DNA from: Pseudomonadota bacterium
GTDB taxonomy: Bacteria > Pseudomonadota > Gammaproteobacteria > Steroidobacterales > Steroidobacteraceae
Assembly (NCBI GenBank): GCA_023423935.1
Contig: JAFAEQ010000058.1
Location: 48,943 to 112,942 of the forward strand
Direction of reading: 5' to 3'
DNA: 64,000 nt
The notes under the pieces were generated by a model. The model worked only from the letters and a program-made list of their open reading frames with translations. It did no database searches and was not told where the DNA came from. Numbering within the stretch: the first letter of the stretch is position 1; each line of letters opens with the position of its first letter. The position numbers and the translations under genes were made by a program. Below, piece after piece: positions 29,311-38,210 of the stretch.

Positions 29311-29417
29311 CTTCGTTGGGGAGTAGCCGCCGCGATCTTTCGCGGGAGCGTGTCAACAGACTTGTTCCTTAAGGAACATGGCACGTTCAGCCTTCCAGGC
29401 ATGGCGAGACCGATGAT
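29311..29417 (+). ncRNA. yybP-ykoY Mn-sensing riboswitch
   Basis: GGGGAGTAGC...GTCAACAGAC...TGGCGAGACC; TTGACG-N17-TAAGCT promoter at 29275-29303; precedes TMEM165 gene. Confidence 0.88.
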
Positions 29418-29497
29418 GCAGTTCCTTGCATCCAGCATGACTGGGGCCGAGCGGGGAACGTGCGTCATTGGCTCATCCGCTCGGCCCGGACATTCGA

Positions 29498-30064
29498 ATG
29501 ACAGGTTTTCTGGTTTCCACCGGCGTCGTCGCTCTGGCCGAGATCGGCGATAAGACCCAGCTGCTGGCATTGGTTTTGGCGGCGAAGTACCGCAAGCCCG
29601 TCCCCATCATCCTCGGCATTCTCATCGCAACACTGCTCAATCATGCCCTCGCGGGCGTCGTCGGCGCGTTGATCGCGGCCTTGGTCGATCCGCAGATCAT
29701 GCGCTGGATCCTGGCGTTCTCGTTCATCGCGATGGCGATCTGGACCCTGATTCCCGACAAATACGAAGAGCAGGAAGCTGCGCCGCCGCGTATCGGCGTG
29801 TTTCTCACGACGCTCTTTGCCTTCTTCGTTCTCGAGATGGGCGACAAGACTCAGATCGCCACCGTGGCACTCGCAGCGAAGTATCCATCGCTCCTGGCGG
29901 TCGTTGCCGGCACGACGCTCGGGATGATGCTCGCGAACGTGCCTGCCGTGCTGCTAGGTGAGGTCGCCGCGAAGAAGCTGCCCATGAAGCTGGTCCACGC
30001 CATCGCCGCCGCGATCTTTCTCATCATGGGCATATTGCTTCTGGTCACGAACCATTACACCTGA
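29498..30064 (+). CDS. TMEM165/GDT1 (UPF0016) Mn/Ca exporter
   Basis: Two EXGDKTQ motifs. Confidence 0.93.
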   Translation: MTGFLVSTGVVALAEIGDKTQLLALVLAAKYRKPVPIILGILIATLLNHALAGVVGALIAALVDPQIMRWILAFSFIAMAIWTLIPDKYEEQEAAPPRIGVFLTTLFAFFVLEMGDKTQIATVALAAKYPSLLAVVAGTTLGMMLANVPAVLLGEVAAKKLPMKLVHAIAAAIFLIMGILLLVTNHYT

Positions 30065-31636
30065 CGGAGGATGGTCGCCGCCGCTCTGGATGCGCGCCTG
30101 CTTGAGGGCATCGCGCAGCTTCTGCTGATGCGTGAACCAGAAGCCGTCGAACACCTTATGTATGCCATGTGTCGACCAGCGCGAAAGCACAGCGGCGCTG
30201 ACGAGGCCCACGAGCAGCACGGCGACCAGTTGCAGCGAATCAGCGCGGCGCCAGAACAGATCCGCTGCAGTCTTGAGCGGATCGAAAATGAGACTGCCGA
30301 GCAATTCCAGCAAGGCGTGCGGGAAACCTTCGGACTGCTCTCGCCGGCCGTACGCCGCGAGGAGCAGCGTCGCAACGAGGGTAAGCACCAGGATCCGATA
30401 TGCGAATCGGCCGAGATGCACATACTTGCGCACGCCATCGAGGAGCGAGCGGCCTTGCAGGTGAGCTCCATGCAATACCGCTTGCACCCCGAGCGCACGC
30501 GCGCGTGCTGAAGCGTCCTTCGCGACATCGCCGGTCGGCGTGATCACGATTTCGGCATTCACGGGCAGATTACCGGGGGAATAGTTCTCGGTGCCGTGCG
30601 CTATGCGTTCGAGCACGCTCAGATGCACTTTCGGACGCATGCCGCTGCACTCGCACAGGTGGGCGACATTGCGTGGCAACCAGCGATAGAACTTGCCGAG
30701 ACCGGAACGCGGATCGTACAGCTTGTCGTCGACGTTCTCGTGAACGCGATAGTACTCACGCTCGACGTCGATGAAGCGCAATCCCGCGACCTCCGCCTTG
30801 TGCATGATCCAGTCGAGCGCAACCAGGGACATCCCCTGCTTGGGGTAGCCGCCTCCGACGTTGGAGTGCACGCCCGCAAACCACACCTGCTCGAGACTCT
30901 GGCCCGGCCGCAACGGCGCGCGTTCGTCCCAGATCAATGGATGGAACGACTGACGCTCATCATCGATGGCGAGCGCATGTACAGCGCGCTCCACGCACGA
31001 GCTCATGACGAGATCGGGAAACTTGAACTGATAGATGAACCTGTTCACCAGATCGGAGACATGCAGAGGCAATCCGACCGCATCCACGGTGTCCCACACG
31101 CCGATGAAATGAATCTTTTCGCCCCCGTAACAATGACGCTCGCGAAACTCCTGCGTGTGTCGCGGGTCCGGCTTACCGATGAGCATCCGCATGAGCCAGG
31201 TGCGATAGCACTCGCGATACCGTTCGTACGCATCTTCGACCAACGCATCCAGTGTTGCGCTGCTGCCGAGTCGCGAGATATCGATGATCCCGCAGGTGCC
31301 GATGAACCCGCTGAGGCTGCGCACGGTGAAGGCGCCGCGGCTGAAACCGAACAGAAAGATGCGATCGCCCGGATCGTAGATGCGACACAGCTCCTTGTAG
31401 AGCTGACGCACATTGCGACTCAAACCGTACCCCGCCGCGCCGCCAAGAATGCGAAGCAGCTTGAAACTTTCGGTGCCGACGCCGTCATCGTAGATTGCGA
31501 CCTGCGGCGAGCGCTCGGGATGGAATCGATGCGAGTTCAGATCCACGGACTCGAAGATCTTGAACACGTTCGTGCCCCGCCCCTTGATCGCCGTATTGCC
31601 GGTGCCATCGGAGCAGATGATGATGTTCTTGGGCAT
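29954..31636 (-). CDS. DUF2235 (Tle1-like) alpha/beta hydrolase with C-terminal TM helices
   Basis: CSDGTGN, YDDGVGT, FGFSRGAF, GVWDTV, WFAGVHSNVGGGY. Confidence 0.88.
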   Translation of the reverse strand: MPKNIIICSDGTGNTAIKGRGTNVFKIFESVDLNSHRFHPERSPQVAIYDDGVGTESFKLLRILGGAAGYGLSRNVRQLYKELCRIYDPGDRIFLFGFSRGAFTVRSLSGFIGTCGIIDISRLGSSATLDALVEDAYERYRECYRTWLMRMLIGKPDPRHTQEFRERHCYGGEKIHFIGVWDTVDAVGLPLHVSDLVNRFIYQFKFPDLVMSSCVERAVHALAIDDERQSFHPLIWDERAPLRPGQSLEQVWFAGVHSNVGGGYPKQGMSLVALDWIMHKAEVAGLRFIDVEREYYRVHENVDDKLYDPRSGLGKFYRWLPRNVAHLCECSGMRPKVHLSVLERIAHGTENYSPGNLPVNAEIVITPTGDVAKDASARARALGVQAVLHGAHLQGRSLLDGVRKYVHLGRFAYRILVLTLVATLLLAAYGRREQSEGFPHALLELLGSLIFDPLKTAADLFWRRADSLQLVAVLLVGLVSAAVLSRWSTHGIHKVFDGFWFTHQQKLRDALKQARIQSGGDHPPSGVMVRDQKQYAHDEKDRGGDGVDQLHGQLLRGDLT

Positions 31637-31725
31637 GTGCGCAGCTCGAATCGGCGCGGCGGCCGTTGCGCTCAGCCTAGGGAATCAATCGACGAACTCC
31701 AGTGGCACAAAGGGCATCTCGAGCC

Positions 31726-32037
31726 TCAGTTCTGCGAGGCCGCGGCCCGACGCGAACGTGCGTCCATCATCCAGTTATAAATCGCCACGGACATGGGAAA
31801 CAGATTCGAGAGCACGCCCACCGAATCGTTCTTTCCCCAGGTGAAGTACGCGAGTAACAAGCCGCTGCCAGTGACGCTCATCACCCAGAATGAGGTCGGT
31901 ATCACTGGCCTGCCGTGATGCCGCGTGGCGAGCACCTGCACGACCCAGCGTCCCGCAAACAGGAACACACCGATGTAGCCGATCAGCTTCCAGGGGGTCA
32001 CTGCGACACCGAAGACGTTTGCAATCACTTCATTCAT
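31726..32037 (-). CDS. Lipid-A-disaccharide synthase N-terminal (LAB_N) domain membrane protein
   Basis: WKLIGYIG..LFAGRWVVQ, PTSFWVMS..G..LLLAY. Confidence 0.8.
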   Translation of the reverse strand: MNEVIANVFGVAVTPWKLIGYIGVFLFAGRWVVQVLATRHHGRPVIPTSFWVMSVTGSGLLLAYFTWGKNDSVGVLSNLFPMSVAIYNWMMDARSRRAAASQN

Positions 32038-32143
32038 GCTTTTTCGCCCGAGTGGCTCGCAACGGATGTTCTCGAGGGACCGCTGGTGATCCGACGGATT
32101 CCTTACTTAGAATGACATCACAACAACAACGCTGGAGCGATGC

Positions 32144-33565
32144 ATGACGGCTTTCTGGAACCGGCGCAAGCGGCTGGATTCCCTCATTCCTGGCACCTCG
32201 CATCAAGCATTGAAACCTACGCTCGGATGGCCGCATCTGGTCGGCCTGGGGGTGGGAGGCATTGTCGGCACTGGCATCTACACGCTCACCGGCGTCGGTG
32301 CGGGGCTCGCCGGACCGGGCGTGATCCTATCATTCGTCATCGCCGGACTCGTCTGCGCATGTGCCGCACTTGCTTACGCCGAGATGTCGACGATGATGCC
32401 TGTCGCGGGCAGTGCCTACACTTACAGTTACGTAGTGCTGGGTGAGGGACTGGCGTGGATCGTGGGCTGGTCGCTCATCCTCGAATACACCGTTGTATGC
32501 AGCGTCGTTGCGGTCGGCTGGTCGGGGTATGCGGGCGGCGTGATTCGTTCGCTCGGTTGGAATGTGCCTGAGAGTCTGCTCGCCGGGCCACACGCCGGTG
32601 GCCTCATCAACGTGCCTGCGATCGTCATTTCGCTCGCCGTTGCGGGACTTCTGGCCCTCGGTACGCGCGAAAGCGCGACGGTCAATCTCATTCTCGTGTT
32701 CGTAAAGCTGTTGGCGCTGGGGCTCTTCGTCGCGCTCGCCATCCCGGCCTTCGATGCCGACAACTTCCAGCCATTCGCACCCTATGGCTTTGGCGCCACG
32801 GAAATCGACGGCGTGAAGCATGGCGTCATGGCCGCAGCAGCCATCATCTTCTTCGCCTTTTATGGTTTCGATGCGGTGTCGACCGCGGCGGAAGAAACGA
32901 AGAACCCATCCCGCGATCTGAAGATCGGGATCATCGGTTCCATGCTGAGCTGCACACTGATCTACATGATCGTCGCGGCGGCCGCGCTGGGCGGCGCCGA
33001 CTACAGGACGCTCGCCGACAGTCCCGAACCGCTCGCGATGGTCCTGCGCGGCTTGAATCATCCGGGTGCGGCCACGTTGATTGCGGGTGCTGCGGTGCTC
33101 GCACTGCCCACGGTCATCATGGCATTCATGTATGGCCAGTCGCGGATCTTCTTCGTGATGGCGCGGGATGGCCTGCTCCCTCAACGCTTGAGCCGGATCA
33201 GTCCGCGAACCGGATCGCCGATCCTGATGACATTGGTCACCGGCGTGATCGTGGCGGCGATTGCGGGATTCTTGCCGTTGAGTGAAATTGCCGCCGTCGC
33301 GAATGCAGGCACGCTCTGCGCGTTCATCGCGGTTGCACTGTGCATGCTGACGCTGCGGGTTCGTGCGCCTGCCCATCCCCGACCATTCAGCACGCCTCTG
33401 GCCTGGCCCGTGGGCATCCTGGCGATCGTCGGCTGCCTCTACCTGTTCACGAGTCTGTCGAGCATCACGATCAAGTTCTTTTTCGCATGGAACGCGTTGG
33501 GCATTCTGATCTACGTGCTCTTTGCCCGGCATTACAGCTCGATCGCACGCGCGGAACGTGCGTGA
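32144..33565 (+). CDS. APC family amino acid permease
   Basis: GVGGIVGTGI, GSAYTY, FFAFYGFD, AEETKNP. Confidence 0.92.
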   Translation: MTAFWNRRKRLDSLIPGTSHQALKPTLGWPHLVGLGVGGIVGTGIYTLTGVGAGLAGPGVILSFVIAGLVCACAALAYAEMSTMMPVAGSAYTYSYVVLGEGLAWIVGWSLILEYTVVCSVVAVGWSGYAGGVIRSLGWNVPESLLAGPHAGGLINVPAIVISLAVAGLLALGTRESATVNLILVFVKLLALGLFVALAIPAFDADNFQPFAPYGFGATEIDGVKHGVMAAAAIIFFAFYGFDAVSTAAEETKNPSRDLKIGIIGSMLSCTLIYMIVAAAALGGADYRTLADSPEPLAMVLRGLNHPGAATLIAGAAVLALPTVIMAFMYGQSRIFFVMARDGLLPQRLSRISPRTGSPILMTLVTGVIVAAIAGFLPLSEIAAVANAGTLCAFIAVALCMLTLRVRAPAHPRPFSTPLAWPVGILAIVGCLYLFTSLSSITIKFFFAWNALGILIYVLFARHYSSIARAERA

Positions 33566-33673
33566 GACGCCCAGCTCACACCTCACGCACTCGTTTTATC
33601 AGACCACTTTGTTTGCGGCGGCGACTTTTACGCTGACTTCACAACGCTCTCGTGAACGCATCGATCTCCGCAG

Positions 33674-34972
33674 TCAGCGGACTTCGCGCAGTGGCGTGAT
33701 GGCGATCGCGGCCAGAAATGCCATCGTGCCGGCCACGATGAAGAGCCAGGTGTAGCTGTCGTCCGTGAGCCAGAGGATCGCAGGTCCGATCGCGGGCGCG
33801 ACCGATTGCGGCAACGTATTGGCGATGTTGAACATCCCCAGATCCTTGCCCGCGTTGCGCGCACTATCGGGAAGGATCTGCGTCACTAGCGCAAGCTCGA
33901 CGGCGAAGAACACGCCCTGCCCGATGCCGGTCAAGGCCATGCCTACGAGGAAGGTCGGATACGCCTGCGCGGCCGCGATGGTCCATAGGCCGAGCCCATA
34001 CACCGCTGCGGACATCAGCACGAAAATCTTGCGCCGTCCGCTGACATCGGAGGCGCGGCCGCTCAGCAGGCTTGCGATCACGATGAAGATGGCTTGAACG
34101 AGCATGCCCTTGAAGACCAGGGTCGGCACTTCACCCACCGCGTAGCCGAGCTTGTCCATGAGGTAGTAGGACTGGTAGGTGGTGAGAAACGCGGTGCCCG
34201 TCACCAGCAGAAAGCGACTGAGCCAGGCCCAGAAAAAACTCGGATGCTGGCGCGGATCGAGCCAGAAGGATTCGATGAACTCACGCACGTTCACGGTGGG
34301 CCGCTGCGCGACATTCAGTCGTCGATCGGGCAGCACAATGGCCAGAGCGAACACGCAGACGCAGCCGATGATGGCTGGAACCACGAAGCGCAGCAGCATC
34401 GAATCCGGCAGCGCATGGACCAGGAACGTCCCGCCGACCTGCCCTATCGGCATGCACATCCCCAGCACACCCGAGACCGTGCCGCGCTGCTGCGGCGGCA
34501 CCTGATCCGGAAGCACGGCGACAGCCGCCGCCAGGACTGCGTTGAACGCGAGCTGCGCGACACACCAGCCGACCAGCACCAGCGAAATCGTCGGCGCCCG
34601 CGCCATCAGAAAGTACGCAGCGGTTCCGCAGATCATGCCGCCCACGAGCCAGGGCCGTCGCATGCCGAAGGCAGACGTGGTGCGATCGCTCATTCGACCG
34701 AACAGCGGGTTGCCGAAGAGCGCGAAGACCGCACCGACCCCCAGGACCCATACGAGCTGGCCCGGCGCACGCGTCGGTGCAAGCTCTCGAACACGCAGCG
34801 CGATGGTGACGAGCATCGGGGTGAGCAATGCGAGCCAGATTCCCGTGTAGGCCAGCGCATAGCAGAAGACGAACACCGGACCGACGGGCTTCACCGGCCC
34901 GGTCGCATGGCCCGCCGGCATGGAATGAGTCTTCGCGTGTGCCTCGGCCCCCGAAGACGCGGCCTCGATCAT
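33674..34972 (-). CDS. MFS transporter
   Basis: GRMSDRT...GMRRP, GRASDVSGRRK; ~12 TM segments. Confidence 0.9.
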   Translation of the reverse strand: MIEAASSGAEAHAKTHSMPAGHATGPVKPVGPVFVFCYALAYTGIWLALLTPMLVTIALRVRELAPTRAPGQLVWVLGVGAVFALFGNPLFGRMSDRTTSAFGMRRPWLVGGMICGTAAYFLMARAPTISLVLVGWCVAQLAFNAVLAAAVAVLPDQVPPQQRGTVSGVLGMCMPIGQVGGTFLVHALPDSMLLRFVVPAIIGCVCVFALAIVLPDRRLNVAQRPTVNVREFIESFWLDPRQHPSFFWAWLSRFLLVTGTAFLTTYQSYYLMDKLGYAVGEVPTLVFKGMLVQAIFIVIASLLSGRASDVSGRRKIFVLMSAAVYGLGLWTIAAAQAYPTFLVGMALTGIGQGVFFAVELALVTQILPDSARNAGKDLGMFNIANTLPQSVAPAIGPAILWLTDDSYTWLFIVAGTMAFLAAIAITPLREVR

Positions 34973-35216
34973 CCACTCCCCCCAATGACGGAAATTGCCC
35001 GAATTCTGGCGGACGGCAAACGACTATGTCGGCCGCGGGGTTTTTGTGCGGCTATTCGTAACACAGAAAAGTCTGACGGATCGACCTTTTGTTAAAAGGC
35101 CGTAGCGGTGCGGAGCGCGTATCAGTGGGTGTACCATTCGGTCGTCCGCGACGGGCCCGAGGCTCGCGCGCGCAGGGGAATAAACGGTCCGAAGCGACCA
35201 AGACACGACGATTACA

Positions 35217-36275
35217 ATGACTGTTGATAATGACGGTGCACGCTTGCGTGCGCGCAAGGCCAGCATCGACGATGTCGCCAAAGCAGCAGGCGTGGCCATC
35301 AAGACGGTCTCGCGAGTTCTGAACAACGAGCCTAACGTGCGCGAAGAAACGCGCGCGCGCGTGCTGGCGGCCGTCAAGCGGCTCAACTATCACCCGAGCC
35401 CTTCCGCCCGCAGCCTTGCAAGCCGTCGCTCGTATCTGATCGGACTCGTCTACGACAATCCGGGCGGGAACTACACCATCGAAGTCCAGCGCGGCGCGCT
35501 CGCCCGCTGCCGCGAAGGCAAGTTCCTGCTGCTGCTGCACGAAGTGACTGGCACCGGCGATGAGTTGACGCAGGACGTCATGGCCTTCGCCAATCAGACG
35601 CACATCGACGGGCTCATCCTGGTTCCGCCGCTGAGCGAAACGCCGTCGATCATTCAGGCGCTCGACGAGTACAACCTGCCCTTCACTCGCATTGCGCCGG
35701 ATGATCTGAAACATCGCTCGCCCTACGTCGATATGGATGACGAAGGGGCCGCCCGTGAAATGACCGAGTACCTGATCGGCCTGGGTCATCGCCGGATTGC
35801 GTTCATCATGGGGCGCCCAGGCCATTACGCCAGCGGCCAGCGTCTGAAAGGCTATAAGGCTGCGCTCAAGGCGCACAGGCTGCCGTTCGTGCCCGAATAC
35901 GTGCGCCATGGCGACTTCCTGTTCGAAACGGGACTCGAGGCTGGGCGTCAGCTGCTCGCATTGCCGGATCGACCTACGGCGATCTTCGCAGCCAACGATG
36001 ACATGGCCGCTGGTGCGCTCATGGCAGCGCACGAGATGGGCGTGGCCGTGCCCGACGATCTTTCCGTCGCTGGCTTCGATGACGCAGCGATCTCCCGTAC
36101 GGTCTGGCCGCCGCTCACTACAGTGAATCAGCCGACCTACGAGCTGTCGTACGCAGCGGCGGATCTGCTGATCAAATCGCTGCTCACCGGAGCTCCGCCG
36201 AAGCCGGTACGTCTGCCGCACAAGTTGATTCCTCGCGCATCTACCGGCGTTGCAAAGAGTTCGTCGGAGCGATGA
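35217..36275 (+). CDS. LacI family transcriptional regulator
   Basis: SIDDVAKAAGVAIKTVSRVLN HTH; PTAIFAANDDMA; divergent from the MFS gene. Confidence 0.93.
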   Translation: MTVDNDGARLRARKASIDDVAKAAGVAIKTVSRVLNNEPNVREETRARVLAAVKRLNYHPSPSARSLASRRSYLIGLVYDNPGGNYTIEVQRGALARCREGKFLLLLHEVTGTGDELTQDVMAFANQTHIDGLILVPPLSETPSIIQALDEYNLPFTRIAPDDLKHRSPYVDMDDEGAAREMTEYLIGLGHRRIAFIMGRPGHYASGQRLKGYKAALKAHRLPFVPEYVRHGDFLFETGLEAGRQLLALPDRPTAIFAANDDMAAGALMAAHEMGVAVPDDLSVAGFDDAAISRTVWPPLTTVNQPTYELSYAAADLLIKSLLTGAPPKPVRLPHKLIPRASTGVAKSSSER

Positions 36276-36437
36276 TGCGGATCGCGACCTGCGCGTGCCG
36301 AATGCACCGACGTGTCGAGTGCCCTTGCCGGTAGTCACCCGCATCTGACCGGCAGGGCATCGCTCGCACGCAGCGGGAACAGCATCATTGCCTCACCTGT
36401 TCGATGAACAGGCAGCTGCTTCAAGAGGATCAAGTCC

Positions 36438-36668
36438 ATGAACGAGATGCGCGCTCCCCTTCGTCGTACGCGGAACGGCCGCATGATCGGCGGCGTGGTC
36501 TCTGGGCTCGCCAGGTATCTCGGCATCGACGTGACGCTCGCTCGCGTGCTCTACGTCGTCATCTCGATCTGCTCGGCGGCGTTTCCCGGCATCCTGGTGT
36601 ACGTGCTGTTCTGGATCCTCACTCCCGAAGAGGACTACAGCGATCCGCGGGTGATTTCGACGCAGTAA
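36438..36668 (+). CDS. PspC domain protein
   Basis: LRR...RMIGGVVSGLARYLGID..LAR...Y..FWILTP. Confidence 0.85.
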   Translation: MNEMRAPLRRTRNGRMIGGVVSGLARYLGIDVTLARVLYVVISICSAAFPGILVYVLFWILTPEEDYSDPRVISTQ

Positions 36669-36670
36669 TA

Positions 36671-36929
36671 ACTCGCGACCGGGCTTCCTGCCACGGCGCG
36701 AGAGGCTGGCCAGCAAAAAGCGTGGTTTTTGCTGGCCGCTCGCCACCTGCGGCGGCGTCGGTACATCCATGTACCGAATGAAGATCAAGAGACTCGCGAT
36801 CGGGCTTCCTGCCACGACGCGAGTGCGGACCAGCAAAAAGCGTGGTTTTCACTGGCCGCTCACCACCTGCGGCGGCGTCGGTACATCCATGTACCGAATC
36901 AAGAACCAAGACACTCGCGATCGGGCTTC
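36671..36929. repeat. 121-bp tandem repeat (2 copies plus a partial) with internal palindromes
   Basis: ACTCGCGA at 36671, 36792, 36913; palindromes at 36708-36737 and 36758-36777. Confidence 0.9.
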
Positions 36930-36956
36930 ACTGTCTTGGTGGACGCGCAGCGGTAT

Positions 36957-37988
36957 CTACTTGTTCTTCAATTTCGACGGCCGGGCGTTGGGCCGGCCTT
37001 TGCTGTGCTCTGCGGTGGGACCCACGGTGTCTGCGGAATACGCTCCGCGCTCGCCGAGAGGCTCGGGCGCGCCGTCCGTGGTGTCCTTGACCGTCTGGCG
37101 TTCGAGCTCGGCATTGATCTCGGCACCGAGGATGATGATGTAGCCGCTCAGGTAGAACCACATGAGCAGCACGATGACGCCGCCCAGCGCTCCGTAGGTT
37201 TCGCCGTAGCTTCCCCAGTTGCGCACGTAGACGGCGAACAGAAGTCCGCCGACCAGCCACAACGTCGCTGCGATCGCCGAACCTGGAGTGATCCAGCGCC
37301 AGCGCGCCTGTTCCCGATCGGGCGCGTAGCGATACACCACCGCAAGACCTGCGACCGCCATGAGCCAGAGCAACGCCCAGCGAAGCACGAGTACGACGAT
37401 CTCGGCGGCCTTGCCGATCGGCAGCACGTCCAACACCAGCGGTATCGCCACGGTCAGCGCCAACATGATGAGAAAGGCGATCACGGCGCAGAACGTGAAG
37501 GTCGAGGACACCAGGATCTGCTTGAAGAATCCTCGCTGCTCTTCCTCGTTGTAGGCGATGTTGGTAGCTGACATGAGCGCGGTCATGCCTTTGCGCGCAC
37601 TCCACAGCGCGATCAGGATGCCGCCGATCACACCGACGCTGAGCGTCTGCTGCCCACGTGTAGCGAGTTGCGAAAGCTGATCGTCGAGGATCCGCAAGCC
37701 GTCCTCCGGAAGCATGCCGGCGACGCTTTGCAGATGCGCCGACACTTCCTGCGGCGAGGCAAACAGCCCATAGATCGAGACGGCAGCGGCGAGACCGGGA
37801 AACACTGCGAGCAACGCATAGAGCGCCAGGCCGGCAGCAATGAGCGATACGTTGTCCTGCGCGAGCGATTTCTTCACACGCATCGCCACGTCCCACCAGC
37901 CCTGCTTCGGGATTTCGGCAGGATCGTCGGCACGTCGTCCCCGATCCGGCTCGGAAAGACCGTCATGCTCGTTCGTGGCTGTGCTCAT
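36957..37988 (-). CDS. YihY/virulence factor BrkB family membrane protein
   Basis: AAGLALYALLAVFP, YRYAP, YGETYGALGGVIVLLMWFY, GAEINAE. Confidence 0.9.
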   Translation of the reverse strand: MSTATNEHDGLSEPDRGRRADDPAEIPKQGWWDVAMRVKKSLAQDNVSLIAAGLALYALLAVFPGLAAAVSIYGLFASPQEVSAHLQSVAGMLPEDGLRILDDQLSQLATRGQQTLSVGVIGGILIALWSARKGMTALMSATNIAYNEEEQRGFFKQILVSSTFTFCAVIAFLIMLALTVAIPLVLDVLPIGKAAEIVVLVLRWALLWLMAVAGLAVVYRYAPDREQARWRWITPGSAIAATLWLVGGLLFAVYVRNWGSYGETYGALGGVIVLLMWFYLSGYIIILGAEINAELERQTVKDTTDGAPEPLGERGAYSADTVGPTAEHSKGRPNARPSKLKNK

Positions 37989-38210
37989 CGAAGTGCGGCT
38001 CCAGTGAGGCCGACCCACCAACGCACCTGAGGACGACCATGTTTCCCATGACCCAGCGCGAGTCGATCATGCACACCGCTTACGCGTTCACGAACCTTTC
38101 GTCTCGTCGGATGAGGCTCACACGATGTGTGAATACGACGTCGCGTGCGGCTGCACGCGACCTGTTTGAATCGCACGCCTCCCGCCTCTTGCGGGAGGCG
38201 TGCGAAAGAG

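Noticed and set aside
36671..36929. CRISPR array
   Set aside because: Whole 121-bp units repeat with no unique spacers, and no cas genes are present.
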